In this document: one piece after another, positions 1 through 9,197 of the stretch
Numbering within the stretch: the first letter of the stretch is position 1
How the letters are laid out: every line of letters starts with the position of its first letter
Assembly (NCBI RefSeq): GCF_000009045.1
Contig: NC_000964.3
Span: 900,001-932,000 of the forward strand
Length of the DNA stretch: 32,000 nucleotides
Direction of reading: 5' to 3'
DNA from: Bacillus subtilis subsp. subtilis str. 168
GTDB lineage: Bacteria; Bacillota; Bacilli; Bacillales; Bacillaceae
The notes under the pieces: generated by a model
The model's database searches: none
What the model saw: the letters and a program-made list of their open reading frames with translations, nothing else
What the model was told of the DNA's origin: nothing
Made by a program: the position numbers and the translations under genes

Positions 1-79
1 GTATTGCTGAAGGAGGGATGCATTGGCTTATGCTTGGTGTCGGGTGCTCTGCCATTCTTGAAAGAAGGGGAAGAAAGCC

Positions 80-1528
80 GTGAGTACAAAAAAGAAAGAG
101 GCTGTAATAGGAAAAGAAAGCTTAGCTCATAAAGGGCTTTTACGAACGATTACATTGGTATCTACATTCGGCGGCCTGTTGTTCGGTTATGATACGGGTG
201 TCATTAATGGGGCACTTCCTTTTATGGCAACTGCAGGTCAGCTGAATCTTACACCTGTTACAGAAGGACTGGTTGCGAGTTCCCTGCTTCTCGGGGCAGC
301 CTTCGGGGCGATGTTTGGAGGACGTCTGTCCGATCGGCACGGCCGCCGAAAAACGATCCTTTATTTAGCCTTACTCTTCATCGCAGCCACACTTGGCTGT
401 ACCTTTTCACCAAACGCGTCCGTGATGATTGCCTTTCGTTTTCTGCTTGGACTGGCGGTTGGCTGCGCTTCTGTAACGGTTCCAACCTTTTTAGCGGAAA
501 TTTCGCCGGCAGAACGCAGGGGACGAATCGTGACACAAAATGAACTGATGATCGTAATTGGCCAGCTTCTGGCATACACCTTTAACGCCATTATTGGCAG
601 CACAATGGGGGAGAGCGCAAATGTATGGCGGTATATGCTGGTCATCGCGACACTTCCGGCTGTTGTGTTATGGTTCGGAATGCTCATCGTGCCTGAAAGC
701 CCGCGCTGGCTGGCAGCTAAAGGCAGAATGGGTGACGCCCTGCGGGTGCTTCGGCAAATCCGTGAAGACAGTCAGGCACAGCAGGAAATAAAAGAAATCA
801 AACATGCGATTGAGGGCACAGCAAAAAAGGCCGGCTTTCATGATTTTCAAGAGCCGTGGATAAGGCGCATTCTATTCATTGGGATTGGAATCGCCATCGT
901 ACAGCAAATTACCGGTGTCAATTCGATTATGTACTATGGGACAGAAATTCTGAGAGAAGCCGGTTTTCAAACAGAAGCTGCATTAATCGGCAATATTGCA
1001 AACGGTGTTATTTCAGTTATTGCGGTCATTTTTGGGATATGGCTTCTCGGCAAAGTCCGTCGCCGGCCCATGCTGATCATCGGACAGATTGGCACGATGA
1101 CAGCCCTTCTGCTGATCGGGATTTTATCCATTGTCCTTGAAGGAACACCCGCCCTGCCGTATGTTGTGCTGAGTTTGACCATTTTGTTTCTTGCGTTTCA
1201 GCAGACTGCCATTTCTACGGTGACGTGGCTGATGCTCTCGGAAATCTTTCCTATGCATGTGCGGGGGCTTGGCATGGGGATCAGCACCTTCTGCTTGTGG
1301 ACAGCTAACTTTCTCATTGGATTCACCTTTCCCATTTTGCTCAATCATATTGGGATGTCGGCGACATTTTTTATCTTTGTCGCTATGAATATCCTAGCGA
1401 TTCTATTTGTGAAAAAATATGTGCCTGAGACAAAAGGGCGGTCACTTGAACAGCTTGAGCATTCCTTTCGCCAGTATGGCCGCCGCGCTGATCAGGAAAT
1501 CCAAAATCAAACAACTCACTTATCGTAA
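80..1528 (+). CDS. yfiG: MFS sugar/polyol:H+ symporter (sugar-porter family)
   Basis: 482-aa ORF. GTG start lies about 9 nt after AAGGGGA, and an in-frame stop at 59-61 excludes a longer form. Sugar-porter signatures [19 protein letters not shown] and [12 protein letters not shown]. Recognised as B. subtilis YfiG. Confidence 0.93.
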   Translation: MSTKKKEAVIGKESLAHKGLLRTITLVSTFGGLLFGYDTGVINGALPFMATAGQLNLTPVTEGLVASSLLLGAAFGAMFGGRLSDRHGRRKTILYLALLFIAATLGCTFSPNASVMIAFRFLLGLAVGCASVTVPTFLAEISPAERRGRIVTQNELMIVIGQLLAYTFNAIIGSTMGESANVWRYMLVIATLPAVVLWFGMLIVPESPRWLAAKGRMGDALRVLRQIREDSQAQQEIKEIKHAIEGTAKKAGFHDFQEPWIRRILFIGIGIAIVQQITGVNSIMYYGTEILREAGFQTEAALIGNIANGVISVIAVIFGIWLLGKVRRRPMLIIGQIGTMTALLLIGILSIVLEGTPALPYVVLSLTILFLAFQQTAISTVTWLMLSEIFPMHVRGLGMGISTFCLWTANFLIGFTFPILLNHIGMSATFFIFVAMNILAILFVKKYVPETKGRSLEQLEHSFRQYGRRADQEIQNQTTHLS

Positions 1529-1554
1529 CCTGAGATACCAGGAGGAATCTATCA

Positions 1555-2496
1555 ATGAAACTATCTTATGTAACAGACAGCCTAGGGCATTTGCCTTTTG
1601 AAGACATGCTCAATTTTGCCGCAAAGCTTGGGATCGATACACTTGAAATGACAACCGGGGGCTGGTCGCCGGCACCTCACTTGAATCTTGATGAATTGCT
1701 GCAAAGCAGCGAAAAAAGAAAAGAATTTTCACAAGCGCTGGAAAAGCGGAACATGACACTTTGCGCATTAAACTGCTCGGGGAACCCTTTAGATCCGGGT
1801 GAATTGGGCAAATCGCACAGAGACATAACTGACAAAACGATGGAGCTGGCTGGATTATTAGGCGTCAAAAAAGTGATCATGATGAGCGGTTTGCCAGCCG
1901 GCGGCCCGGACGACAAAGTGCCGAACTGGATCACATACACAGTAAGCTGGCCTCCCGTTTTAAAAGATATCCTCAACTATCAATGGGAAGACGTTGCGAT
2001 CCCATATTGGAAGAAGCTTGTCAAAAAAGCGGAGGCCTGCGGCGTGGGGAAAATAGCGCTTGAGAACTTCAGCTCTCAATTAGTCTATAATCCTGAGACT
2101 CTCTTTCGGCTCAGAAATGCAGTCGGCCCGATGGTCGGTTTGAATCTTGACCCGAGCCATTTGTTATGGATGGGCGCAGACCCGATCATCGCAGCAAGGG
2201 AGCTCGGCTCAGCCATTCACCATGTCCATGGGAAAGATGTCAGAATTGAAAGATATTTATCGGCGGTCAACGGACTTTTAGAAACAAAAGAAGTGACAGA
2301 TCCTGCAAACCGGGCGTGGAATTACGTAGCTGTCGGCTGTGGACAGGATTTACAGTGGTGGAAGGAATTTTTTTCAGTTGTAAAAATGATGGGATATGAA
2401 GGTGAGGTTTCTTTAGAAATGGAGGATCTGACGATGTCACCTGAAGCGGGCATCCGTACTTCTGTAGAAGCTTTAAAACAAACCATCAGCCAATAG
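1555..2496 (+). CDS. yfiH: Xylose-isomerase-like TIM-barrel protein (sugar phosphate isomerase/epimerase family)
   Basis: 313-aa ORF. ATG is preceded by AGGAGGA and lies 26 nt after the yfiG stop. Family assignment is from recollection of YfiH, not a profile search. Confidence 0.9.
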   Translation: MKLSYVTDSLGHLPFEDMLNFAAKLGIDTLEMTTGGWSPAPHLNLDELLQSSEKRKEFSQALEKRNMTLCALNCSGNPLDPGELGKSHRDITDKTMELAGLLGVKKVIMMSGLPAGGPDDKVPNWITYTVSWPPVLKDILNYQWEDVAIPYWKKLVKKAEACGVGKIALENFSSQLVYNPETLFRLRNAVGPMVGLNLDPSHLLWMGADPIIAARELGSAIHHVHGKDVRIERYLSAVNGLLETKEVTDPANRAWNYVAVGCGQDLQWWKEFFSVVKMMGYEGEVSLEMEDLTMSPEAGIRTSVEALKQTISQ

Positions 2497-2505
2497 GAGG
2501 TTTTC

Positions 2506-3687
2506 ATGATGCTAAATGGAGAAAGAATCATCTCTAAGCCGCTTCGCTGGGCAATGGTAGGCGGCGGGCGGCTCAGCCAGGTTGGATATAAACATCGTAT
2601 TGGAGCGCTGAGAGACAATACTGCTTTTCAATTAACTGCTGGCGCTTTTGATATCGATGCCGAAAGAGGAAAAGATTTCGGGGTGAACCTTGGAGTGGAT
2701 GCGGAACGCTGTTATCCCAACTATCAAACCATGTTTGCCGAGGAAGCGAAAAGACAGGATGGCATAGAGGTAGTATCGATTGCCACTCCGAACGGCACTC
2801 ATTATGAGATTTGTAAGGCGGCGCTTGAAGCAGGAGTGCATGTCATCTGTGAAAAACCGCTGTTCTTCACTTCAGCAGAGGGGCAGGAAATCAAAGCGCT
2901 CGCAGAGAAAAAAGGGAAAATTGTCGGCGTGACGTACGGTTTTTCAGGCAATCAAATGCTTCTTCAAATGCGTGCGATGATTGAACAAGGAATGATCGGC
3001 GATATTCGCGTGGTTGACTTGCAGTACACACACGGTTTTTGTGCAACAGATGAAGGTGAAAAGATAAGCGCTGCACAGAAATGGCGTGTCGACCCTGCGA
3101 TCGCCGGGCCAAGCTTTGTGCTGGGCGATTTATCTACCCACACGTATTATATGTCACAGCTTATTATGCCAAAGATGAAAATTAAGGAGCTGCTGTGTGA
3201 CCGACAGAGCTTCGTCGGCAGCCGCGCACCGCTAGAGGATAATGCCCATGTGCTGATGCATTATGAAAATGGAGCGGTCGGAACGATGTGGACATCGTCA
3301 ATCAATGCCGGATGTATGGATGGCCATAGAATCCGGATTGTCGGCTCAAAGGCAAGCATTGAGTGGTGGGACAGCAAGCCAAATGAACTGACGTATGAAG
3401 TGCAGGGAGAGCCGGGCCAGACACTCGTTCGCGGCATGCCGTATTTAGATGATGTTTGCAACGCCGATGAACGACTGGGCGCCTTACACAGCGAAGGGCT
3501 GTCCGAAGCATGGGCCAATATTTATCTTAAATTTGCCATTGCGATAGACGCCAAAAACCGTGAAGATGAAGAAATCTTGAACAACTTGGTTTATCCTGAC
3601 ATTGATGCAGGGATCGAGGGCATTCGCTGGATTGAGAACTGCGTGCGCTCGGCAAACCAAGGGTCAGTTTGGGTTGAATTTAAATAA
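2506..3687 (+). CDS. yfiI: Gfo/Idh/MocA-family NAD(P)-dependent oxidoreductase
   Basis: 393-aa ORF. ATG is 9 nt after the yfiH stop, with AGGAGG upstream. N-terminal Rossmann segment MVGGGRLSQVG and the family motif CEKPL are present. Confidence 0.92.
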   Translation: MMLNGERIISKPLRWAMVGGGRLSQVGYKHRIGALRDNTAFQLTAGAFDIDAERGKDFGVNLGVDAERCYPNYQTMFAEEAKRQDGIEVVSIATPNGTHYEICKAALEAGVHVICEKPLFFTSAEGQEIKALAEKKGKIVGVTYGFSGNQMLLQMRAMIEQGMIGDIRVVDLQYTHGFCATDEGEKISAAQKWRVDPAIAGPSFVLGDLSTHTYYMSQLIMPKMKIKELLCDRQSFVGSRAPLEDNAHVLMHYENGAVGTMWTSSINAGCMDGHRIRIVGSKASIEWWDSKPNELTYEVQGEPGQTLVRGMPYLDDVCNADERLGALHSEGLSEAWANIYLKFAIAIDAKNREDEEILNNLVYPDIDAGIEGIRWIENCVRSANQGSVWVEFK

Positions 3688-3700
3688 ATGAGGGAATGCG

Positions 3701-3733
3701 CCGCATATGACATAAAGTTCATATGCGGTTTTT
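3701..3733 (+). terminator. Rho-independent terminator of the yfiGHI operon
   Basis: Perfect 10-bp stem CCGCATATGA (3701-3710) / TCATATGCGG (3719-3728), 8-nt loop, then TTTTT. Confidence 0.9.
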
Positions 3734-3749
3734 ATTTTCCAGAAACTCC

Positions 3750-3778
3750 TGTCAAAAATGCCCTGAGGCAGGTATGAT
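3750..3778 (+). promoter_or_regulatory. Candidate sigma-A promoter for lnrJK
   Basis: TGTCAA (3750-3755), 17-nt spacer, TATGAT (3773-3778), about 30 nt upstream of the lnrJ start. Confidence 0.4.
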
Positions 3779-3810
3779 AAGAAGGGAATTGGGTATCGGG
3801 AGTGATGAGC

Positions 3811-5013
3811 GTGAAAGCTCTTTTTTTTACGAGAATGTTCACCTTGATGGTGAGCTGTTTAATGTATCTGTCCATTGTGAAAGAGGATAACTGGTTTGGA
3901 TATGTATTTATAGCAGCAGGTGCTGCCATGTATGCAGCCAATCATGTTTTGCTGACAAAAGAGACAAATGCCATCTGGTTCTGCCTGATTGATATTGCAA
4001 TCGGCTTTTCGTTCGGATTTATCTTTCCCGGCACAGGTTTGTTCATTATTATGCTTTGTCCGGTTGCGGTCGCCTTTTTTCTGCGGGGGTTTCCTAAAAG
4101 AACAGCATGGTCTGTCTTATGTCTTTCCTCTATTTTATTTTTGACCGTCCTCATCCGTACATATGCGATGTTCGGCAATGAATTTGTCATTGATCATTTG
4201 ACTAGCATGACATTCGTTGTCTTCTGCGGTGTCGTGGGCAAATTAATCCGCAAGCTGTTGGATGCGCAGGATACGGCAAAACAGCAGTTTCAGGAACTGA
4301 CGGAGTCCCATCTGGCGCTGTCTGCTGCACATCAGGAGCTCCATTTATATGCGAAGCAGGTTGAAGAGCTGACTGCCATTTACGAGCGGAACAGAATGGC
4401 GCGTGAAATCCATGATACAGTGGGGCATAAAATGACGGCCCTTCTCGTCCAGCTGCAGCTTTTGCGTGAATGGCAAAAAAGAGACAGCCAAAAAGCGGAT
4501 GAGACAGTAGGTGTCTGTGAAACACTTGCCCGTGAAGCGCTTGATGATGTCCGCTTATCAGTACGCACTCTGCAAACTGAAAACGATCCTTCGCTAATCG
4601 AATCGCTGAAACAGCTGACAGAGGACTTTTGCAAAAATGCAGGAGTCACAACAGAATTTGCGGTCAGCGGTGATCCTGCAATCATCCCGCTGTCTCTCCA
4701 TCCGACCCTGATCAGAACGGTGCAGGAAGCACTGACCAATGCCAAACGGCACGGCGGCGCCGCAGCCTGTTCGATACAGCTTGCCTGCACAACGGACAGC
4801 ATCAGCCTTGTCATTAAGGATGACGGCAAAGGCAATCCTGAGGCAGCACTTGGTTTTGGTCTCTTGAATATGAAAAAGCGGGCAGCGGAGCATGGCGGAA
4901 TGATCCGCTTTGAAAGCGAACGGGATCAAGGATTTACTGTAAATGCAGAATTTTCACTTGCCAATAAAAAATGGAGCTTCGGGCCCGTGCAGCAAAAGGA
5001 GAGTTTATCATGA
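3811..5013 (+). CDS. lnrJ: Intramembrane-sensing histidine kinase (HisKA_3/NarX-type), LnrJ
   Basis: The N-terminal ~150 aa is hydrophobic helices with minimal loops. It is followed by the H-box REIHDTVGH and an HATPase_c region (NAKRHG, DDGKG, GFGLLNM). I chose GTG 3811 because GGGAG (3798-3802) sits 8 nt upstream. The track start GTG 3802 overlaps that SD. The start is uncertain by 9 nt. Confidence 0.9.
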   Translation: MKALFFTRMFTLMVSCLMYLSIVKEDNWFGYVFIAAGAAMYAANHVLLTKETNAIWFCLIDIAIGFSFGFIFPGTGLFIIMLCPVAVAFFLRGFPKRTAWSVLCLSSILFLTVLIRTYAMFGNEFVIDHLTSMTFVVFCGVVGKLIRKLLDAQDTAKQQFQELTESHLALSAAHQELHLYAKQVEELTAIYERNRMAREIHDTVGHKMTALLVQLQLLREWQKRDSQKADETVGVCETLAREALDDVRLSVRTLQTENDPSLIESLKQLTEDFCKNAGVTTEFAVSGDPAIIPLSLHPTLIRTVQEALTNAKRHGGAAACSIQLACTTDSISLVIKDDGKGNPEAALGFGLLNMKKRAAEHGGMIRFESERDQGFTVNAEFSLANKKWSFGPVQQKESLS

Positions 5014-5672
5014 TTAAGATCATCATTACCGACGATCAGGATATCGTCAGAGAAGGGCTGGCATCCCTGCTCCAGCTCCGAGAAGAGCTCGATGTGATCG
5101 CAACGGCGCGAAACGGACAGGAAGCCTTCGAAAAGGCGAAAGAGCTGGAGCCGGATATCGTGTTAATGGACATCCGCATGCCGGTTTCCAACGGGGTGGA
5201 GGGAACAAAATTAATCACAAGCTCGCTGCCAAGCGTAAAGGTTTTGATGCTGACAACCTTTAAGGATTCAGCGCTGATTGCTGAAGCGCTTGAAGAGGGA
5301 GCAAGCGGGTATCTGCTGAAGGATATGTCTGCAGATACGATTGTAAAAGCAGTGATGACTGTTCATTCTGGCGGAATGGTGCTTCCGCCGGAATTGACTG
5401 CCCAAATGCTGAATGAATGGAAGCGTGAAAAACAGCTGAAAGGAATAAATGAGATAGAAAAACCTAACGAGCTGCTCGACCTGACCGAGCGCGAAATCGA
5501 AGTTCTGGCTGAGCTGGGATACGGGCTGAATAACAAAGAAATTGCCGAAAAGCTTTACATTACAGAAGGCACAGTCAAAAACCACGTTTCAAATATTATC
5601 AGCAAGCTGGCTGTCAGGGACAGAACCCAAGCCGCCATTTACTCGGTCAGATATGGTGTATCTGTCTTTTGA
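5010..5672 (+). CDS. lnrK: NarL/LuxR-family response regulator, LnrK
   Basis: 220 aa from ATG 5010. AAAGGAGAG lies upstream, and there is an ATGA start/stop overlap with lnrJ. Receiver motif VLMDIRMP and C-terminal LuxR HTH (LTEREIEVL...NKEIAEKLYITEGTVKNHV). The track extension from 4971 has no SD. Confidence 0.93.
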   Translation: MIKIIITDDQDIVREGLASLLQLREELDVIATARNGQEAFEKAKELEPDIVLMDIRMPVSNGVEGTKLITSSLPSVKVLMLTTFKDSALIAEALEEGASGYLLKDMSADTIVKAVMTVHSGGMVLPPELTAQMLNEWKREKQLKGINEIEKPNELLDLTEREIEVLAELGYGLNNKEIAEKLYITEGTVKNHVSNIISKLAVRDRTQAAIYSVRYGVSVF

Positions 5673-5702
5673 CATATGACGTTTTGCATATACGCTTCTC
5701 TG

Positions 5703-5728
5703 AAAAGGCCTTTTACAGGCCTTTTTTT
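5703..5728 (+). terminator. Rho-independent terminator after lnrK
   Basis: Stem AAAAGGCC (5703-5710) / GGCCTTTT (5718-5725), 7-nt loop, and a T-run to 5728. Confidence 0.8.
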
Positions 5729-5755
5729 CATGCCCTATGTTCTATCTGCCGCTAC

Positions 5756-5784
5756 ATGCCGCACGCCTTTCTTTCTTCTACAAT
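5756..5784 (+). promoter_or_regulatory. Candidate activator-dependent promoter for lnrLMN
   Basis: Good -10 TACAAT (5779-5784). The hexamer at the -35 position is poor (ATGCCG, 5756-5761). CATGCC is repeated at 5729-5734 and 5755-5760. Confidence 0.3.
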
Positions 5785-5815
5785 GGCAATGGATCAAAAA
5801 AAGGAGTGAGACGAC

Positions 5816-6751
5816 GTGCTGCAAGCAGAAAACATCAAAAAGGCATACGGAAAAAAAACAATCGTGAAAGGCATTTCTTTTTCCCTCAAAAAGGGGGAGT
5901 CGTTCGGTCTGCTCGGGCCTAACGGTGCGGGGAAATCCACAACCATCTCGATGATTTCCGGCCTTGTGCCGCATGACAGCGGGAACATCACGGTGGGCGG
6001 CTATGTTATCGGAAAAGAAACGGCCAAAGCGAAACAAAAAATCGGCATTGTTCCGCAGGAAATTGCATTATATCCGACGCTGACGGCTCATGAGAATCTT
6101 ATGTTTTGGGGGAAAATGTACGGACTTACGCACGGTGAGGCCAAAAAAAGAGCGGCTGAGGTCCTTGAATATGTCGGTCTGACTGAGCGGGCTAAAGATA
6201 AGATTGAAACATTTTCCGGGGGGATGAAACGAAGAATCAACATCGGTGCGGCTTTAATGCATAAGCCCGAGCTGCTGATTATGGATGAACCGACTGTCGG
6301 TATTGACCCTCAATCGAGAAATCACATTTTAGAAACGGTCAAACAGCTCAACGAAACGGGCATGACGGTGATCTATACGAGTCATTACATGGAAGAAGTT
6401 GAGTTTTTATGCGACCGGATCGGGATAATTGATCAGGGGGAAATGATTGCGATTGGCACAAAAACTGATTTGTGCAGCCGCCTTGGGGGCGATACCATCA
6501 TTCAGCTCACGGTCAGCGGGATCAATGAAGCGTTTCTTGTGGCGATCCGATCTCTGGCCCATGTGAATGATGTAACAGTACATGAATTAGAGCTCAAAAT
6601 TGACATTTCTGCGGCTCATCATGAGAAAGTCGTCACAAGCCTGCTTGCTGAAGCCACTGCTCATCATATAAACCTGCTGTCTCTTCAGGTGCAGGAACCG
6701 AATCTGGAGCGCCTGTTTCTGAATCTGACCGGCCGCACGTTGCGGGATTGA
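5816..6751 (+). CDS. lnrL: ABC transporter ATP-binding protein, LnrL
   Basis: 311 aa. GTG start follows AAAGGAGTGAG. Walker A GPNGAGKST, ABC signature FSGGMKRR, Walker B LLIMDEPT. Confidence 0.94.
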   Translation: MLQAENIKKAYGKKTIVKGISFSLKKGESFGLLGPNGAGKSTTISMISGLVPHDSGNITVGGYVIGKETAKAKQKIGIVPQEIALYPTLTAHENLMFWGKMYGLTHGEAKKRAAEVLEYVGLTERAKDKIETFSGGMKRRINIGAALMHKPELLIMDEPTVGIDPQSRNHILETVKQLNETGMTVIYTSHYMEEVEFLCDRIGIIDQGEMIAIGTKTDLCSRLGGDTIIQLTVSGINEAFLVAIRSLAHVNDVTVHELELKIDISAAHHEKVVTSLLAEATAHHINLLSLQVQEPNLERLFLNLTGRTLRD

Positions 6752-6763
6752 GGAGGGACGGCA

Positions 6764-7954
6764 ATGAAAAAAAGCATATGGATCGCATGGAAAGATGTGA
6801 AAATCAGAATCACGGACAGAAAAGGGTTTATGATGCTTATCCTAATGCCGCTCATCCTAACCTGTATTTTAGGCGCAGCGCTCGGATCAGTTGTTGACGG
6901 AGGCAGCCGGATTGATGATATCAAAGTCGGCTACATTCAATCAGACCAGTCAGATACAGCAAACATGTTTACAAAAGATGTTCTCAAAAAAATGAAGTCG
7001 ATAAAGGTCACAAAAGTCGGCAGCAAAGACAAGATGAAAAAACTGATTGATGAAAAGAAAATCGATGTAGGCATCGTTATCCCGAACCATTGGGAAGCCG
7101 GCAAAACCTCAGCTGTTGTTAATGCCGCTCCTGATCAAACATTGAAAAGTTCCATCATTGAAACAGCTGCAAGCTCATTTATAGAGCAATATAAAGCGGT
7201 AAAGGAAGCCGCGTCAGGCTCAATGGACTACATCAGTAAAACGGAAGCTGTAAAGCAAGGAAAACTTGACCCTGCACAGTTTGCAGAAAAGCTGGCAAAG
7301 ACGCTAGAAAAAGAAACAGGTGACAAGCTTACTATTGCGGAAAAATCTGTCGGCAGCAAAGCCGTTACCAGTTTTCAATACTATTCGGCGGCAATGCTTT
7401 GCATGTTTATGCTGTTTCATATCACAGTCGGGGCGAAATCATTTTTACAGGAAAAGGATACGGAGACGCTTGCCAGAATGCTGATGACGCCTGCGCAAAA
7501 ATCCGTCATTCTCTTCGGAAAATGGCTTGGGACGTATCTGTTTGCCATCATACAATTTTTCATATTTCTGATCGTCACAATCAACGTATTTGGTGTGGAC
7601 TGGGGCGGTAATCTGCTGTTAGTGAGTGTACTCGGGCTTTCTTACGCCGCAGCTGTATCTGGTATTTCAATGCTGCTTGCGTCGTGCATCAGCGATATGA
7701 AAACTGCAGATGCGATAGGCGGCTTCGGCATTCAATTGCTTGCGGTTCTCGGCGGGTCCATGCTGCCGCTGTACCAATTTCCGGACGTCTTGCAGTCTGT
7801 ATCCAAAGCGGTGCCAAATCGCTGGGCGCTTGACGGCTTTCTTTCTTTAATGGAAGGGGGAGGCTGGGCTGACCTTCAAAAGCCTGTGCTTCTTTTTGCG
7901 GCGATCGGCTTTTGTTCACTTGTAATTGGTATCAGACGGCTTCATACAAGATAA
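6764..7954 (+). CDS. lnrM: ABC-2 type permease with large extracytoplasmic loop, LnrM
   Basis: 396 aa. ATG follows GAGGAGGG. One N-terminal TM segment, a ~180-aa hydrophilic loop, then a C-terminal bundle of TM helices. Confidence 0.92.
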
Positions 7955-7967
7955 GGAGGTACAAAAG

Positions 7968-9125
7968 GTGAAAAAAATTCTAGCCATTTGCGGCATTGAG
8001 CTTTCTCTCATTTTTAAGAAGCCACAGAACTATTTGATCATGTTTGCTGCCCCGCTTTTGCTTACCTTTGTATTTGGGAGTATGCTCAGCGGCAATGATG
8101 ATAAGGTGCGGCTTGCAATCGTTGATCAGGACGATACGATTCTCTCACAGCATTATATTCGGCAGCTGAAGGCACACGATGATATGTATGTATTCGAAAA
8201 CATGTCTGAAAGCAAAGCGTCAGAAAAGCTGAAACAAAAGAAAATTGCCGGGATCATCGTCATTTCCCGCTCGTTCCAGACACAGCTGGAAAAAGGCAAA
8301 CATCCTGAGCTGATTTTCCGTCACGGCCCTGAGCTGTCGGAAGCGCCGATGGTCAAACAATATGCAGAAAGCGCATTGGCAACGCTCAATATTCAGGTGA
8401 CCGCGGCAAAAACGGCATCTCAGACAGCGGGAGAGAACTGGAAGGCGGCGTATAAAACGGTTTTCGCCAAAAAACATGAAGATATAGTTCCGGCTGTAAC
8501 ACGACAGACGCTCAGTGATAAAAAAGAGGGTGCGGAAGCAAGTGACACAGCCTCCAGAGCAGCAGGGTTTTCCATCCTGTTTGTCATGCTGACCATGATG
8601 GGAGCGGCTGGAACCATTTTAGAAGCAAGAAAAAACGGCGTATGGTCCAGATTGCTTACAGCCTCTGTCAGCCGAGCCGAAATCGGTGCTGGGTATGTGC
8701 TGTCCTTCTTTGTCATTGGCTGGATTCAATTTGGAATATTGCTTCTTTCCACCCATTGGCTGTTTGGCATCAACTGGGGGAATCCGGCTGCAGTTATTGT
8801 ATTAGTGTCACTTTTTCTATTGACCGTTGTCGGCATTGGATTGATGATTGCGGCCAACGTCAGAACGCCAGAACAGCAGCTTGCGTTCGGCAACTTGTTT
8901 GTCATCGCAACATGTATGGTGAGCGGGATGTATTGGCCGATCGACATTGAACCGAAATTTATGCAATCCATCGCTGAATTTCTTCCGCAAAAGTGGGCGA
9001 TGAGCGGGTTGACAGAGATTATCGCTAACGGTGCCCGCGTCACAGATATTCTCGGAATCTGCGGCATTTTGCTTGCATTTGCTGCGATCACTTTCGCAGC
9101 GGGGCTGAAAGCGCTCCGAGCCTAA
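7968..9125 (+). CDS. lnrN: ABC-2 type permease, paralogous partner of LnrM, LnrN
   Basis: 385 aa from GTG 7968, 8 nt after AAGGAGG (7953-7959). Same architecture as LnrM. The track extension from 7926 lies inside lnrM and lacks an SD. Confidence 0.92.
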   Translation: MKKILAICGIELSLIFKKPQNYLIMFAAPLLLTFVFGSMLSGNDDKVRLAIVDQDDTILSQHYIRQLKAHDDMYVFENMSESKASEKLKQKKIAGIIVISRSFQTQLEKGKHPELIFRHGPELSEAPMVKQYAESALATLNIQVTAAKTASQTAGENWKAAYKTVFAKKHEDIVPAVTRQTLSDKKEGAEASDTASRAAGFSILFVMLTMMGAAGTILEARKNGVWSRLLTASVSRAEIGAGYVLSFFVIGWIQFGILLLSTHWLFGINWGNPAAVIVLVSLFLLTVVGIGLMIAANVRTPEQQLAFGNLFVIATCMVSGMYWPIDIEPKFMQSIAEFLPQKWAMSGLTEIIANGARVTDILGICGILLAFAAITFAAGLKALRA

Positions 9126-9157
9126 AAAACATCTGCCGTTTAGGCAGATGTTTTTTT
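9124..9157. terminator. Bidirectional terminator between lnrN and padR
   Basis: Arms AAAAAACATCTGCC (9124-9137) / GGCAGATGTTTTTTT (9143-9157). A-run and T-run flanks allow it to function on both strands. Confidence 0.9.
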
Positions 9158-9197
9158 GCATGTGGGTACATTCGTATGGGTGCAGCCTGAACTGCGG

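Noticed and set aside
1-83. Frame 3 stays open from the window edge to a TGA at 81-83. That stop forms a GTGA overlap with the yfiG start, suggesting the 3' end of an upstream coupled gene.
   Set aside because: It is only 27 codons, which stays open by chance about a quarter of the time. Frame 1 is also open here. There is no recognisable motif, and my recollection of the neighbouring gene and its orientation is not firm.
4380-4835. 151-aa minus-strand ORF inside lnrJ. Similar long antisense or off-frame ORFs are 4594-4929, 18098-18541, 20831-21277, 20878-21267, 21423-21905, 21690-22172, 24541-24948 and 30256-30663.
   Set aside because: They lie entirely within well-supported genes on the opposite strand or in another frame. 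They lack Shine-Dalgarno sequences and have Arg/Cys/Ser-rich low-complexity translations typical of shadow ORFs.
4971-5009. N-terminal extensions in the ORF track: lnrK from 4971, lnrN from 7926, yfiY to 20376, yfhA from 21355, recX from 25543, sspK to 28402, yfhK from 28776 and yfhL from 29346.
   Set aside because: In each case an internal start has a canonical SD at 5-9 nt, often with start/stop coupling to the upstream gene. The extension overlaps the upstream gene or regulatory DNA and has no SD.
5676-5922. Two 61-63-aa plus-strand ORFs in the lnrK-lnrL spacer (5676-5867 and 5737-5922).
   Set aside because: They span a terminator hairpin and the lnrL promoter and start. They have no SD, and their translations are low-complexity.
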